Source: Spirochaetia bacterium
GTDB taxonomy: Bacteria > Spirochaetota > Spirochaetia > SZUA-6 > Bin103
Assembly (NCBI GenBank): GCA_965199955.1
Contig: CBDATQ010000002.1
Coordinates: 896,001-960,000 of the forward strand
DNA length: 64,000 nucleotides
Reading direction: 5' to 3'
Shown here: one piece after another, positions 8,587 to 17,595 of the stretch
Layout of the letters: each line of letters begins with the position of its first letter
Position numbering within the stretch: the first letter of the stretch is position 1
Notes under the pieces: generated by a model
What the model saw: only the letters and a program-made list of their open reading frames with translations
What the model was told of the DNA's origin: nothing
Database searches by the model: none
Made by a program: the position numbers and the translations under genes

Positions 8587-10074
8587 ATGAGCGCTCGCGC
8601 GATCATGATCCAGGGGACTGCGTCCGACGCGGGGAAGTCGGTGGTGGTGGCAGGGCTGTGTCGGGCGGCGAGGCGGCGGGGCATTCGGGTCGCGCCGTTC
8701 AAGCCGCAGAACATGTCGAACAACGCCGCGGCCTGCGAGGACGGGGGCGAGATCGGGCGGGCGCAGGCGGTGCAGGCGCGGGCGGCCGGGCTTGCGCCGC
8801 GGACGGACTTCAATCCGGTGCTGCTGAAGCCGCAGACCGACCGCGGCTCGCAGGTGCTCGTGCATGGGCGGCCGGTGGGGATGCTGCACGCGTCCGACTA
8901 CCGGACGGGGCGCGCTCGGCTGATGGACGCGGTCATGGAGAGCTTCGGGCGGCTGGTTGGCGAGTTCGATCTGGTGATCGTGGAGGGCGCGGGCAGCCCG
9001 GCGGAGGTCAACCTGCGCGCCGGCGACATCGCCAACATGGGGTTCGCGCGGCGGGCGGAGGCGCCGGTCTGCCTGGTCGGGGACATCGACCGCGGCGGGG
9101 TGATCGCGTCCGTGGTGGGGACCGGGGCGGTGCTGGACGCCGAGGATCGGGCGCTGATCGCTGGGTTCCTGATCAACAAGCTGCGCGGCGACCCGGCGCT
9201 GTTCGAGGACGGCGTGCGCATCATCGAGCGGCATACCGGCTGGCCCTGTTTCGGGGTGATTCCGTGGGAGCCGGCGGCGCTGCTCCTGCCGGCCGAGGAT
9301 GCCGCGTCTCTGCCGCCGGCAGGCGTCTCACGGGGCGGGCGGGTGAAGGTCGCCGCGCCGGTGCTGTCGCGCATGGCGAACTACGACGACGCCGATCCGT
9401 TGCGCCTGGAGCCGGACGTGGAGTTCGCGTTCGTGCCGGCTGGCCAGCCGATCCCGCGCGACGCCGACGTGGTGCTGCTGTTCGGCACCAAGTCGACGAT
9501 CGGCGACTTGGCGTTCCTGCGGGAGCAGGGGTGGGACCACGACATCCTGGCGCACGCGCGGGCCGGCGGGCGCGTGGTGGGCGTGTGCGGGGGCCTGCAA
9601 ATGCTGGGTCGGCGCGTGCACGACCCGGCGGGGGTGGACGGGCCGGCCGGGTCGGCCGACGGGCTGGGGCTGCTCGCCGTGGAGACGACCATGCATGCCG
9701 AGAAGACGGTCCGCCCGGCGCGGGGGCGATGCGCGCTGAGCGATGCTCCGGTGGCGGGCTACGAGATCCATACGGGACGCTCGGCCGGCGCGGGTCTGGC
9801 GCGGCCGATGTTCCACCTGGAGTCGGGCGCGGACGGGGCGCGCAGCGCGGACGGACTGGTCGAGGGGACCTACCTGCACGGGCTCTTCGCGAACGACGCG
9901 TATCGGCGCGCGTGGCTGGAGCGTGTCGGGACGGGCGCCGACTCATCCCTGCAGTACGAGGCGACCGTGGATGCGGCCCTGGACGCGGTGGCGGACACGC
10001 TGTCCGCGGCGGTCGACCTGGATGCGCTGTTCGGGGCGGCGCGCCGGCCGAACGTTGCTACCGGCCCAACGTGA
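8587..10074 (+). CDS. cobQ: Cobyric acid synthase
   Basis: IMIQGTASDAGKS, PFKPQNMSNN, EGAGSPAEVNLR, DIDRGG, GVCGGLQMLG and GTYLHG. Confidence 0.95.
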   Translation: MSARAIMIQGTASDAGKSVVVAGLCRAARRRGIRVAPFKPQNMSNNAAACEDGGEIGRAQAVQARAAGLAPRTDFNPVLLKPQTDRGSQVLVHGRPVGMLHASDYRTGRARLMDAVMESFGRLVGEFDLVIVEGAGSPAEVNLRAGDIANMGFARRAEAPVCLVGDIDRGGVIASVVGTGAVLDAEDRALIAGFLINKLRGDPALFEDGVRIIERHTGWPCFGVIPWEPAALLLPAEDAASLPPAGVSRGGRVKVAAPVLSRMANYDDADPLRLEPDVEFAFVPAGQPIPRDADVVLLFGTKSTIGDLAFLREQGWDHDILAHARAGGRVVGVCGGLQMLGRRVHDPAGVDGPAGSADGLGLLAVETTMHAEKTVRPARGRCALSDAPVAGYEIHTGRSAGAGLARPMFHLESGADGARSADGLVEGTYLHGLFANDAYRRAWLERVGTGADSSLQYEATVDAALDAVADTLSAAVDLDALFGAARRPNVATGPT

Positions 10075-10621
10075 GCGGCTGCGCGTTCAGGGCGTTCAGC
10101 TCCAGGGCCAGCCCGGCGACCATGAGGTAGACGCGGCCGGCGCGGGCGGCGGTGAGCCGGTTCACACGGCCGAGCGCGTCGCGGTACGCGCGTCCGAGTG
10201 GCGAGGGCGGCACGACGCCCAGGCCGACCTCGTTGCTGATCACGATCCAGGTGGCCGTGGAGTTCTCGACCAGGTCCAGCAGTCTTCCAGCGGCATCGAG
10301 GATCAGCTCCTCGGCGCCGGGGTCATCCTCATGTCGAAGGAGCAGGTTGCTGACCCACAGGGTGAGGCAGTCGAGCACTACCGTGTCGTAGCGGTTCAGG
10401 ATCGGCGCGGCCCTGCCGGCCGGGTCGAGCGGCTCTTCCAGGGTGTCCCACCCGCTCGGCCGGCGCTCGCGGTGGGCGGCGATGCGGCGGGCCATGTCCT
10501 CATCCAGTGCCTCTGCCGTGGCGATGAACAGCACGCGGCGGCCGGCCTGCGCGATCCGTTCCGCGGCGGCGCTCTTGCCGGAGCGGGCGCCGCCGAGCAG
10601 CAGGATGAGCTCGCCGTTCAA
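10058..10621 (-). CDS. cobU: Bifunctional adenosylcobinamide kinase / cobinamide-phosphate guanylyltransferase
   Basis: LGGARSGKS, RIAAHRERR, DCLTLWVSN, SNEVGLG and GRVNR. TTG start overlaps the upstream TGA. Confidence 0.93.
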   Translation of the reverse strand: MNGELILLLGGARSGKSAAAERIAQAGRRVLFIATAEALDEDMARRIAAHRERRPSGWDTLEEPLDPAGRAAPILNRYDTVVLDCLTLWVSNLLLRHEDDPGAEELILDAAGRLLDLVENSTATWIVISNEVGLGVVPPSPLGRAYRDALGRVNRLTAARAGRVYLMVAGLALELNALNAQPLTLGR

Positions 10622-11241
10622 GGCGCGGTTCCGAGGTGCGTGGTGTCGTTCAGCAGGTTGAGCGCCGCGGAGCCGTCGTCGTAGACGGTGACGGCGGACA
10701 GACCGCAGTTGTCGAACAGGAAGCGCTCCATACTTCGGGACGGCAGTCCCAGCAGGCGCACGATCGCCGCGGACAGCGATCCGCCGTGCGCGATCACCAG
10801 CAGGTCGCCGTCGTCTCCGCCGTGCCGATCCAGCAGGCTGTCCACGCCGGCGGCCACCCGCTCGTACAGTTGCCTCTCGCTCTCGCCTCCCGGAGTCGAG
10901 GCGGTGTCGTCCCCGGTGAACAGCGTTGCGTAGCGCTCCGGGTGGCGCGCCTCCATCTCGGTGAAGGTCAGGCCTTCCCATTCGCCGAAGCCCCGCTCGC
11001 GCAGCGCGGGCAGGGTGACCAGCGGAACGTCCCTGCCGCGCATGATCGGCTCCGCCGTCTGCGTGACGCGCCGCAGGTCGCTCGCGTACACGGCCGTGAA
11101 GGGCATCGGCCGCAGGCGCGCGGCGATCGCCTCTGCCTGCGCCAGTCCCTTGTCGTTGAGCGGCACGTGCATCTGGCCCTGCGCGCGGCCCTCCACGTTC
11201 CAGTCCGTCTCGCCGTGCCGTACCAGAAACCATCTACCCAT
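10618..11241 (-). CDS. cobC: Histidine phosphatase family, probable alpha-ribazole-5'-phosphate phosphatase
   Basis: LVRHGET, SDLRR, FGEWEG, PGGES and AHGG, located inside the cob operon. Confidence 0.8.
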   Translation of the reverse strand: MGRWFLVRHGETDWNVEGRAQGQMHVPLNDKGLAQAEAIAARLRPMPFTAVYASDLRRVTQTAEPIMRGRDVPLVTLPALRERGFGEWEGLTFTEMEARHPERYATLFTGDDTASTPGGESERQLYERVAAGVDSLLDRHGGDDGDLLVIAHGGSLSAAIVRLLGLPSRSMERFLFDNCGLSAVTVYDDGSAALNLLNDTTHLGTAP

Positions 11242-11470
11242 CGCTGTTCGCCATAGCCTCCTGCAGCGCGCCGGCCAGCCGCCGGCAGTCCTCCATGCGC
11301 CGGACGCCGATGCGCACGTGCTCCGGCAGTCCGAACGACGCGCAGTCTCGCACACACACACGCGATGCTCCCGGAGCAGGCGCGGGAGGACCGCCGCGGC
11401 ATCCCACGCGCACCGGCAGAAAGTTGGCGGCGGGCCGGGAAGGGTCCACCGCGTAGTCCCAGGTTGTCCC
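11234..11470 (-). pseudogene. C-terminal remnant of L-threonine-O-3-phosphate decarboxylase (Salmonella CobD/HisC-fold)
   Basis: AANFLPVRV(G)DAAAVLPRLLREHRVCVRDCASFGLPEHVRIGVR. Two compensating 2-nt frameshifts, one in a GT run. The PLP-binding N-terminal part is missing. Confidence 0.8.
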
Positions 11471-11474
11471 CAGG

Positions 11475-12446
11475 CTATCCCCAGAGCAGTCCACGGACGG
11501 CGGTCACTGCCAGCGCCGCGGGCACCGCGAGCACCGCGACGCCGTACGCCAGCCGCGCGGCGGCCGCGACGTCGTGCCAGAACGGGTCGCGGAAACCGCC
11601 GCCGATGCGGTAGTGGCCGGTCTTTTCCAGGGCGACGCCGAGGAGGCCGGCGCAGGCGCCGATCGTCCAGCCGGCGTTGGGACTGGCCGTGCGCCGGTGG
11701 TCGCGAAGGGCGATCCGCCAGCCGCGGCGTGCGGGCAGGCGGTGGAGCGCTCCGGCGGCCAGCATGAGCAACGCCGCGAGGCGCGCCGGCAGCAGGTTGA
11801 CCAGGTCGTCCAGCCGGGCCGAGGCCTTGCCCAGGTGCTCGTAGCGGCCGCGATAGCCGATCATGCTGTCCAGCGTATTCAGGGCCCGGTAGGCGAACGC
11901 GCCCGGCAGGCCGAACAGCGCGAAAGCCAGCCAGGGAGCGACGTAGCTGTCGGTCGTGTTCTCGGCCGCGGACTCGATCGCGGCCATGGCGACCTGCGGA
12001 CCGCCGAGCGCGCTCGCGTCGCGGCTCACCAGGCTGCGCAGGCTGTCGCGCGCACGCTCCAGGTCCCCGCTCTGCAGGGCGTCCCGCGTGCCGGCCACGG
12101 CGCGGCGGAGTCCCTTTACCGCGAACGTGGTCTTCAACAGGGCCGCCGTGCCGAGCAGGTAGGGGAGGGGGCCGGCCGCGCGCAGCGCCGTCGCCGCGAG
12201 CCATGCCAGCGCGCCGCAGGCGGCCGGCACCAGAACGGCTATTCCGAGCCCGGCCGCCAGCGCTGCGGCGGGCCGGTCCGCCGGCGGAGAACGGCGCTCC
12301 AGGAACGCGATCAGTCTGCCCATCCACACGACGGGATGGAGCGCCGCCGGTGGCTCCCGCAACGCCAGGTCGAGCGCCACCGCCAGCAGCAGCGCGCCGG
12401 CATCCAGGCCCCACTCGCCTGGCCATCGGGACAGCGCCATCTCCAT
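11475..12446 (-). CDS. cbiB: Adenosylcobinamide-phosphate synthase
   Basis: HPVVWMG, LVSRD, ESAAENTTD, YRALNTLDSMIGY, LDDLVN and SPNAG. Confidence 0.93.
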   Translation of the reverse strand: MEMALSRWPGEWGLDAGALLLAVALDLALREPPAALHPVVWMGRLIAFLERRSPPADRPAAALAAGLGIAVLVPAACGALAWLAATALRAAGPLPYLLGTAALLKTTFAVKGLRRAVAGTRDALQSGDLERARDSLRSLVSRDASALGGPQVAMAAIESAAENTTDSYVAPWLAFALFGLPGAFAYRALNTLDSMIGYRGRYEHLGKASARLDDLVNLLPARLAALLMLAAGALHRLPARRGWRIALRDHRRTASPNAGWTIGACAGLLGVALEKTGHYRIGGGFRDPFWHDVAAAARLAYGVAVLAVPAALAVTAVRGLLWG

Positions 12447-13217
12447 CTATCCCGCGAGCACGAGCACGGCGAGCCCGAGGACGGCCACCTCGGCGATCTC
12501 GTTCACCGCGCCGTAAATGTCCCCAGTCACCCCGCCGAGCAGCCGGGTCGCCCACGCGCCGACGGTCCATGCGACCGCGGCGGCAATCGCCGCCAGGGCC
12601 AGCCCCGGCAGCCCGGTCAGGGCGAGGGCGACTGCGGCCGCGAGCAGCAGGCCGGCCCGCGGGCGTCGGCCATCTTCACTCGCGAACGGTGTGCCGAGCC
12701 CCTCGCGCCGCGCGTACGGGAACCACTCCATCGCCAGCACCATCGCCGCGCGGGAGAGGCAGGGGAACAGGATCAGGACGCCTGTCCGGTATCCGCCCGG
12801 CAGCGCGGTGAGCGCCGCCAGCTTGACCAGCAGCAGGCAGACCACGCCGACCACGGCGAACGCCCCCACGTGGGGATCGCGCAGGATCGCAAGACGCCGC
12901 TCGCGGTCGAAGCCGCCGAGCAGGGCGTCGCAGGTGTCCATGAAGCCGTCCAGATGGAGGGCGCGGGTGAGGGCGGCCAGCGCGGCCAGCAGCAGGGCGC
13001 TGTTCAGAAGCACCGGAAGGTGCAGCGCACGCAGTGCCAGGTCGAGGAAGGCGAGCATTGCCCCCAGCAGCAGGCCGACCGCCGGGAACCAGGCAGCGGC
13101 GTGCGCGAGCGAGCCGGCCGCATCGGGAGGCGAGGCCGCGTCACGCGGTGAGACCGGCAGGATGGTCAGGAAGCCGATCGCGGCTCTGAATGAGGCCAGC
13201 AATCGAGGGGGTCTCAT
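12447..13217 (-). CDS. cobS: Adenosylcobinamide-GDP ribazoletransferase (cobalamin synthase)
   Basis: FLTILP, LHLDGFMDTCD, ILRDPHVGAFA and GGVTGDIYGA. ATGA overlap with cobT. Confidence 0.93.
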   Translation of the reverse strand: MRPPRLLASFRAAIGFLTILPVSPRDAASPPDAAGSLAHAAAWFPAVGLLLGAMLAFLDLALRALHLPVLLNSALLLAALAALTRALHLDGFMDTCDALLGGFDRERRLAILRDPHVGAFAVVGVVCLLLVKLAALTALPGGYRTGVLILFPCLSRAAMVLAMEWFPYARREGLGTPFASEDGRRPRAGLLLAAAVALALTGLPGLALAAIAAAVAWTVGAWATRLLGGVTGDIYGAVNEIAEVAVLGLAVLVLAG

Positions 13218-14269
13218 CTTGAATCCGAGACGCCGGCCTCCGCGAAGGTGGCCATCTCCGCCAGGCACGCGGCCGCGGCCCTGACGATGGGCAGGGCCAG
13301 CAGGGCGCCGGTACCCTCACCCAGCCGCATCTCCAGGTCGAGCAGTGGGTCGAGGCCCAGGTGCGCGAGCACCGCGCGATGGCCCGGCTCGGCGGAGCGG
13401 TGGGCGGCGATCAGGTAGTCGCGCGCGGCCCCGCACAGGCCGCAGGCGAGCAGGGCGGCTGCCCCGGAGATGAAGCCGTCCAGCACCACAGTGCGGCCCC
13501 GGCAGGCGGCGCCCAGCACCACGCCGGCCAGCACGCCGATCTCGAAACCGCCCACCTTCGCCAGCACGCCGAGCGGGTCGCCTCGATCGGGATCGTTGCA
13601 CTCCAGCGCCCGGCGCACCACCTCCACCTTGCGGCGCAGCTCCTCCGGCGTGCGGCCGGTGCCCGGGCCGGTGGTGTGCTCCGGCGCGGTGCCGGTCATC
13701 GCGGCGGTGATGGCGCTGGCCGCGGTGGTGTTGCCGATTCCCATGTCGCCGGTGGCGATCAGGTCCACTCCCGCGTCTGCCGCCTCGGCGGCGAGGTCCG
13801 CGCCTGCTTGCAGGCAGCGCTGCGCCTGCTCCCTTGACATCGCCGGGCCGCGGCCGATGTCGCCGGTGCCGCGTCCGGCACGCACCGAGCGAAGGTCCGG
13901 ATGATCCGGCAGGGCGTCCGCGGCGATGCCGGCGTCGGCGACGATCTGCCGCACGCCGAACAGGCGCGCCATGACGCTGACCGCGGCGCCGCCGGCCAGG
14001 AAGTTGCGCACCATCTGCGCGGTGACCGCCTGCGGATAGCCGGTCACGCCCTGCGCGACCACGCCGTGGTCGCCCGCGGCGACGATCACGGCCGCCCCCC
14101 GGATGGCGGGCCGTTCGGTGCGGTAGATGCCGGCCAGCCGGATCGACACGCGCTCCAGCCGGCCCAGGCTGCCGGGCGGCTTCGTCAGGGTCAGGTGGCG
14201 TGCCTTGGCGCGCCGCATGGCGGCGGCGTCCGCCGGCTCGATGCGCGTGACGGTCTCGGCCAGCGTCAT
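13214..14269 (-). CDS. cobT: Nicotinate-nucleotide--dimethylbenzimidazole phosphoribosyltransferase
   Basis: LTKPPGSLGRLE, GDHGV, GDMGIGNTT, GGFEI, LDGFI and RLGEGTGA. Confidence 0.95.
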   Translation of the reverse strand: MTLAETVTRIEPADAAAMRRAKARHLTLTKPPGSLGRLERVSIRLAGIYRTERPAIRGAAVIVAAGDHGVVAQGVTGYPQAVTAQMVRNFLAGGAAVSVMARLFGVRQIVADAGIAADALPDHPDLRSVRAGRGTGDIGRGPAMSREQAQRCLQAGADLAAEAADAGVDLIATGDMGIGNTTAASAITAAMTGTAPEHTTGPGTGRTPEELRRKVEVVRRALECNDPDRGDPLGVLAKVGGFEIGVLAGVVLGAACRGRTVVLDGFISGAAALLACGLCGAARDYLIAAHRSAEPGHRAVLAHLGLDPLLDLEMRLGEGTGALLALPIVRAAAACLAEMATFAEAGVSDSR

Positions 14270-14282
14270 GGCTCGGCCATCG

Positions 14283-15122
14283 TCATCGCTCGGAACGGGA
14301 CGCCGTGGGGCCCATCAGGCGGACGTGCGGCATGCCCGTGTCGCTCTCGTGCTCGACCACCGCCTCCACGCCGAACACTTCGCGGAAGCGCTGCAACGTG
14401 AACACCTCGGCCGGGGTGCCCTCGGCCACGACCTCGCCGTCCGAGATCAACGTCAGCCGGTCGCAGTAGCGGCTGGCCAGCCACACGTCGTGCAGGGCCA
14501 CCACCGCCGCGACCTCGCCGCCCGCTACCTCGGAGCGGAGCGTCTCCATCGCCGTAAGCTGGTGCCGGAGGTCGAGGCTGGCCACCGGTTCGTCGAGCAG
14601 CAGGACACGTCCCTGCTGTGCGAGCGCCCGCGCCAGCAGCACCCGCTGGCGCTCGCCGCCGGAGATGCGGTCGAGCTGGCGGTGCTCGAAACGCTCGGTC
14701 TCGGTGCGGGCCATGGCCACCCGCGCGATCCGCCGGTCGTCGGCTCCCTCCAGCGCGAAGCGGCTCAGGTGCGGGTAGCGCGCCATCAGCACCGTCTCCA
14801 GCGCCGTGAAGGGGTGGGCGGCCTCGTGCTGCGGGAGGTAGGCGACCTGCCGCGCGCGATCCCGCGCCGGGAGCTCGGACAGGTCGGCCGCTCCCAGCCA
14901 TATCGACCCGCCGTCGGGGCGCAGCACGCCGGCCATCACCCGCAACAGCGTGCTCTTGCCGGCGCCGTTCGGGCCCACCAGTCCCGTCACCTGGCCCGCG
15001 AACGCCGCGAACGATACCGAGCGGAGCACGGGGGTCCCGCCGAGATGCAGAGAAACCTCGTGCGCCGCCAGTGCGACCTCGCTCGCGGCCGTGGCGGAAT
15101 CGGGTCGCGGACCCAGGGTCAC
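14283..15122 (-). CDS. btuD: Cobalamin ABC transporter ATP-binding subunit (BtuD/FecE-like)
   Basis: GPNGAGKST, ISGGERQR and LLLDEP, in a B12-riboswitch operon. Confidence 0.8.
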   Translation of the reverse strand: MTLGPRPDSATAASEVALAAHEVSLHLGGTPVLRSVSFAAFAGQVTGLVGPNGAGKSTLLRVMAGVLRPDGGSIWLGAADLSELPARDRARQVAYLPQHEAAHPFTALETVLMARYPHLSRFALEGADDRRIARVAMARTETERFEHRQLDRISGGERQRVLLARALAQQGRVLLLDEPVASLDLRHQLTAMETLRSEVAGGEVAAVVALHDVWLASRYCDRLTLISDGEVVAEGTPAEVFTLQRFREVFGVEAVVEHESDTGMPHVRLMGPTASRSER

Positions 15123-16138
15123 GACCCTCCGTAGGGCTCGAAGTCGCCGAAGGTCACGTCCCCGAACCGGTCCGGGTAGAGCAGCCGCGCCGTCTCCTCG
15201 ATGCCGCGCACGTTCCAGTGCGACAGCGTCGTGTAGTGGCGGGGATCGGCGAAGATCACCTGTTCGTCCGCGATCGCCGGCACCTCGGCCAGCGCGCGGG
15301 CGTCCAGCAGCTCGTCGCGCAGGTCGGTGCCGCCCGAGTCCGCCGGCTGCGTGATCAGGATCACGTCCGGGTTCATGGCCGCGATCGACTCCACGCTCAC
15401 CGACTGGTGGCCGGCGATGCCGTCGCGGGCGGCCGCGTTGACGCCGCCGGCCGTCTCGATGATGCCGCCTTCGGTCGAGCCTTCGCCGGCCGCGCTGGTG
15501 GTCTCTCCCCAGCGGGCGATGGACAGCACCGCGGGCCGGGACGGGTCGCCGGGCGCGGGTACCCGATCGGTGACCACGGCCAGGCGGCGCTCGATCTCGG
15601 CGACCAGCTCCAGGGCGCGTTCCTCGACCCCGAGCAGGTAGCCGAGCAGCAGGATGTTGGGAATGTTGCCCGCGGCCGAGCTCTCCAGCGCGGAGCGGAC
15701 GACCGGTACGCCGGCCTCCTTGATCAGGGCGACCAGGTCCGCGTTGGTGTACTTGGAGACCACGACGATGTCGGGCTTGGCGGCCAGCACGTTCTCGACG
15801 CCGCGCTTGACGGTGTGCATGTCGGCCACCTGGTCGGCGACGTTGGAGTAGGTCGGGTCCGCCGTGAACGGCCCAACCCCCGCGAAGCGGTCGCGCGAGA
15901 CTATGGCGAGCAGCATCTCGTCGTGACCGAGGGACAGGGCCAGGATCCGCTGTGGCGGCGCCTCCAGGCTGACCACGCCTTCGGTGGTCTCGACCGCCCG
16001 CGGCCAGCCGCGGTTCGCCACGTCGACGATGCCCGGCACCGCCGGGTAGTCGGGCGGCGTCTGCGCGGCCGCGTCCAGTGCGAACGCCGCCAGCAGTCCG
16101 GCGGCGGCGATCCGTACGATCTTCCTCAAGGTATCCAT
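15119..16138 (-). CDS. btuF: Cobalamin ABC transporter substrate-binding protein
   Basis: Signal peptide, PQRILALS, E.VLAAKPDIV, AGGVNAA and SVESIAAMNPDVI. RBS GGAGG before 16138. Confidence 0.8.
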   Translation of the reverse strand: MDTLRKIVRIAAAGLLAAFALDAAAQTPPDYPAVPGIVDVANRGWPRAVETTEGVVSLEAPPQRILALSLGHDEMLLAIVSRDRFAGVGPFTADPTYSNVADQVADMHTVKRGVENVLAAKPDIVVVSKYTNADLVALIKEAGVPVVRSALESSAAGNIPNILLLGYLLGVEERALELVAEIERRLAVVTDRVPAPGDPSRPAVLSIARWGETTSAAGEGSTEGGIIETAGGVNAAARDGIAGHQSVSVESIAAMNPDVILITQPADSGGTDLRDELLDARALAEVPAIADEQVIFADPRHYTTLSHWNVRGIEETARLLYPDRFGDVTFGDFEPYGGS

Positions 16139-16165
16139 GATTCCTCCATGCATGGTTTGGGTTCG

Positions 16166-17242
16166 CTACAGCAGTCCTGCCCGCGCCTTGTGGCGGGCCA
16201 GCAGGAACAGAAAGAACGGCGCTCCGACCAGAGCGGTGATGATGCCGACGCGCACCTCGGCCGGCGCCACGGCCAGCCGGGCGACGGTGTCGGCCGCGAG
16301 CAGGAACACCGCGCCGCCGAGCGCGCTCAGCGGGACCAGCACGCGGTGGTCGGCGCCGGTGATGAGCCGCAGTGCATGCGGGACGATCAGCCCCACGAAC
16401 GCGATCGTGCCGGAGAACGCCACCGCCGTGCCGGTGATCAGCGACGCGGCCAGCAGCAGGACGGTGCGGGTCAGCGCCACGCGGACGCCGAGCGCGCGCG
16501 CTTCCTCCTCGCCGACCATGAGCAGGTTCAGGTCGCGCGACAGCAGCACCGCGACTGCCAGGCCGGCCAGCACGAGCGGCGCGGCCAGCCGCACGTGCGT
16601 CCAGCGCGACGCGTCCAGGCCGCCGGCGAGCCAGAAGATCATCTCGCGCTGCGCGCTCAGATCGGCGGTGAACAGCACGATGGCGGAGATGATCGCGGCC
16701 AGGAACGCGCTCACCGCCACGCCGGACAGCAGCAACGCCGCCATCGAGAAGCGGCCGCCGGCCGAGGCGACCGCGAACACCAGCGCCAGGGCGCCGGCGG
16801 CACCCGCGAATGCCATGGCGGGCAGCGCCAGCGGCGTAGCCGCCTGCGCCCCCAGGGCGATCGCCACCACCGCGCCCAGCGCGCCGCCGGTGGACACGCC
16901 GATGATGCCGGGGTCTGCCATCGGGTTGCGGAACAGTCCCTGCATCACGGCGCCGGCCACGCCCAGGGCGGCGCCGACGATCAGCGCCAGGGTGATGCGC
17001 GACAGCCGGATCGACTCGACGATGGCGCGCTCGGCGTCGGTGGCATCCAGGATGCGGATGCCGATCTGCTCCAGCAGGATGGCGGCGGTGTGGGAGAGCG
17101 GGATGGCGTACGGGCCGACAGCGGCGGCCGTGACGATCAGGGCCGCGGCGACGGCGGCCAGCAACGCGCCGCCGCCCGCCAGCCGCGCGACGACCGGCGA
17201 CCGTGATCCGTTCGGCGAGCGAATCGCCTCTTTTCCCCGCAC
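16166..17242 (-). CDS. btuC: Cobalamin ABC transporter permease (FecCD family)
   Basis: QGLFRNPMADPGIIGVS, GEEEARALG and GTIAFVGLIVPH. GTG at 17242 preceded by AAAGGAG. Confidence 0.85.
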   Translation of the reverse strand: MRGKEAIRSPNGSRSPVVARLAGGGALLAAVAAALIVTAAAVGPYAIPLSHTAAILLEQIGIRILDATDAERAIVESIRLSRITLALIVGAALGVAGAVMQGLFRNPMADPGIIGVSTGGALGAVVAIALGAQAATPLALPAMAFAGAAGALALVFAVASAGGRFSMAALLLSGVAVSAFLAAIISAIVLFTADLSAQREMIFWLAGGLDASRWTHVRLAAPLVLAGLAVAVLLSRDLNLLMVGEEEARALGVRVALTRTVLLLAASLITGTAVAFSGTIAFVGLIVPHALRLITGADHRVLVPLSALGGAVFLLAADTVARLAVAPAEVRVGIITALVGAPFFLFLLARHKARAGLL

Positions 17243-17357
17243 CAGAGCTCCTTTGCCGCTCTGCGCTCGAGGTTCGCCGCCGAAACGGACCTGTCCCGCC
17301 GTGAACCGGGACAAGGCTCGACCTGAGGCGCTCCCTGAGCGGAGAGCGGCCACTCAG

Positions 17358-17531
17358 CCTTGCCCGGCAGGTCTCCTGGCTCCCGGATCATCGCCTGTCC
17401 CGCGCCTTCCCATCCCCGTCCGTGGGGACAGTGGCATCAAGCGGGCGGCTTGCCGGTCACAGTGGCGCCACCGCAGCGGATTCTCACCGCTTTCCCTGTT
17501 CGGCCTTCGTTTCCGAAGGCACCGGGCAAGG
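17358..17531 (-). ncRNA. Cobalamin (AdoCbl) riboswitch
   Basis: Minus strand reads GGTGCC...AACAGGGAAAGCGGTGAGAATCCGCTGCGGTGGCGCCACTGTGA...GCCACTG...GGGAAGG...GAGCCAGGAGACCTGCC (B12 box). Closed by the CCTTGCCCGG/CCGGGCAAGG stem and located upstream of btuC. Confidence 0.95.
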
Positions 17532-17595
17532 TCTGCCTTTCGTGACTGTTCGCGGCTGAGCCTAGTGGCCCCGCGCGACCGGTGTCAAACGACGG

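Noticed and set aside
10058..12570. Long ORF-track versions of cobU (391 aa) and cobC (650 aa) as fusions
   Set aside because: The N-terminal extensions are off-frame reads of upstream genes. The true starts are coupled to upstream stops at 10621 and 11241.
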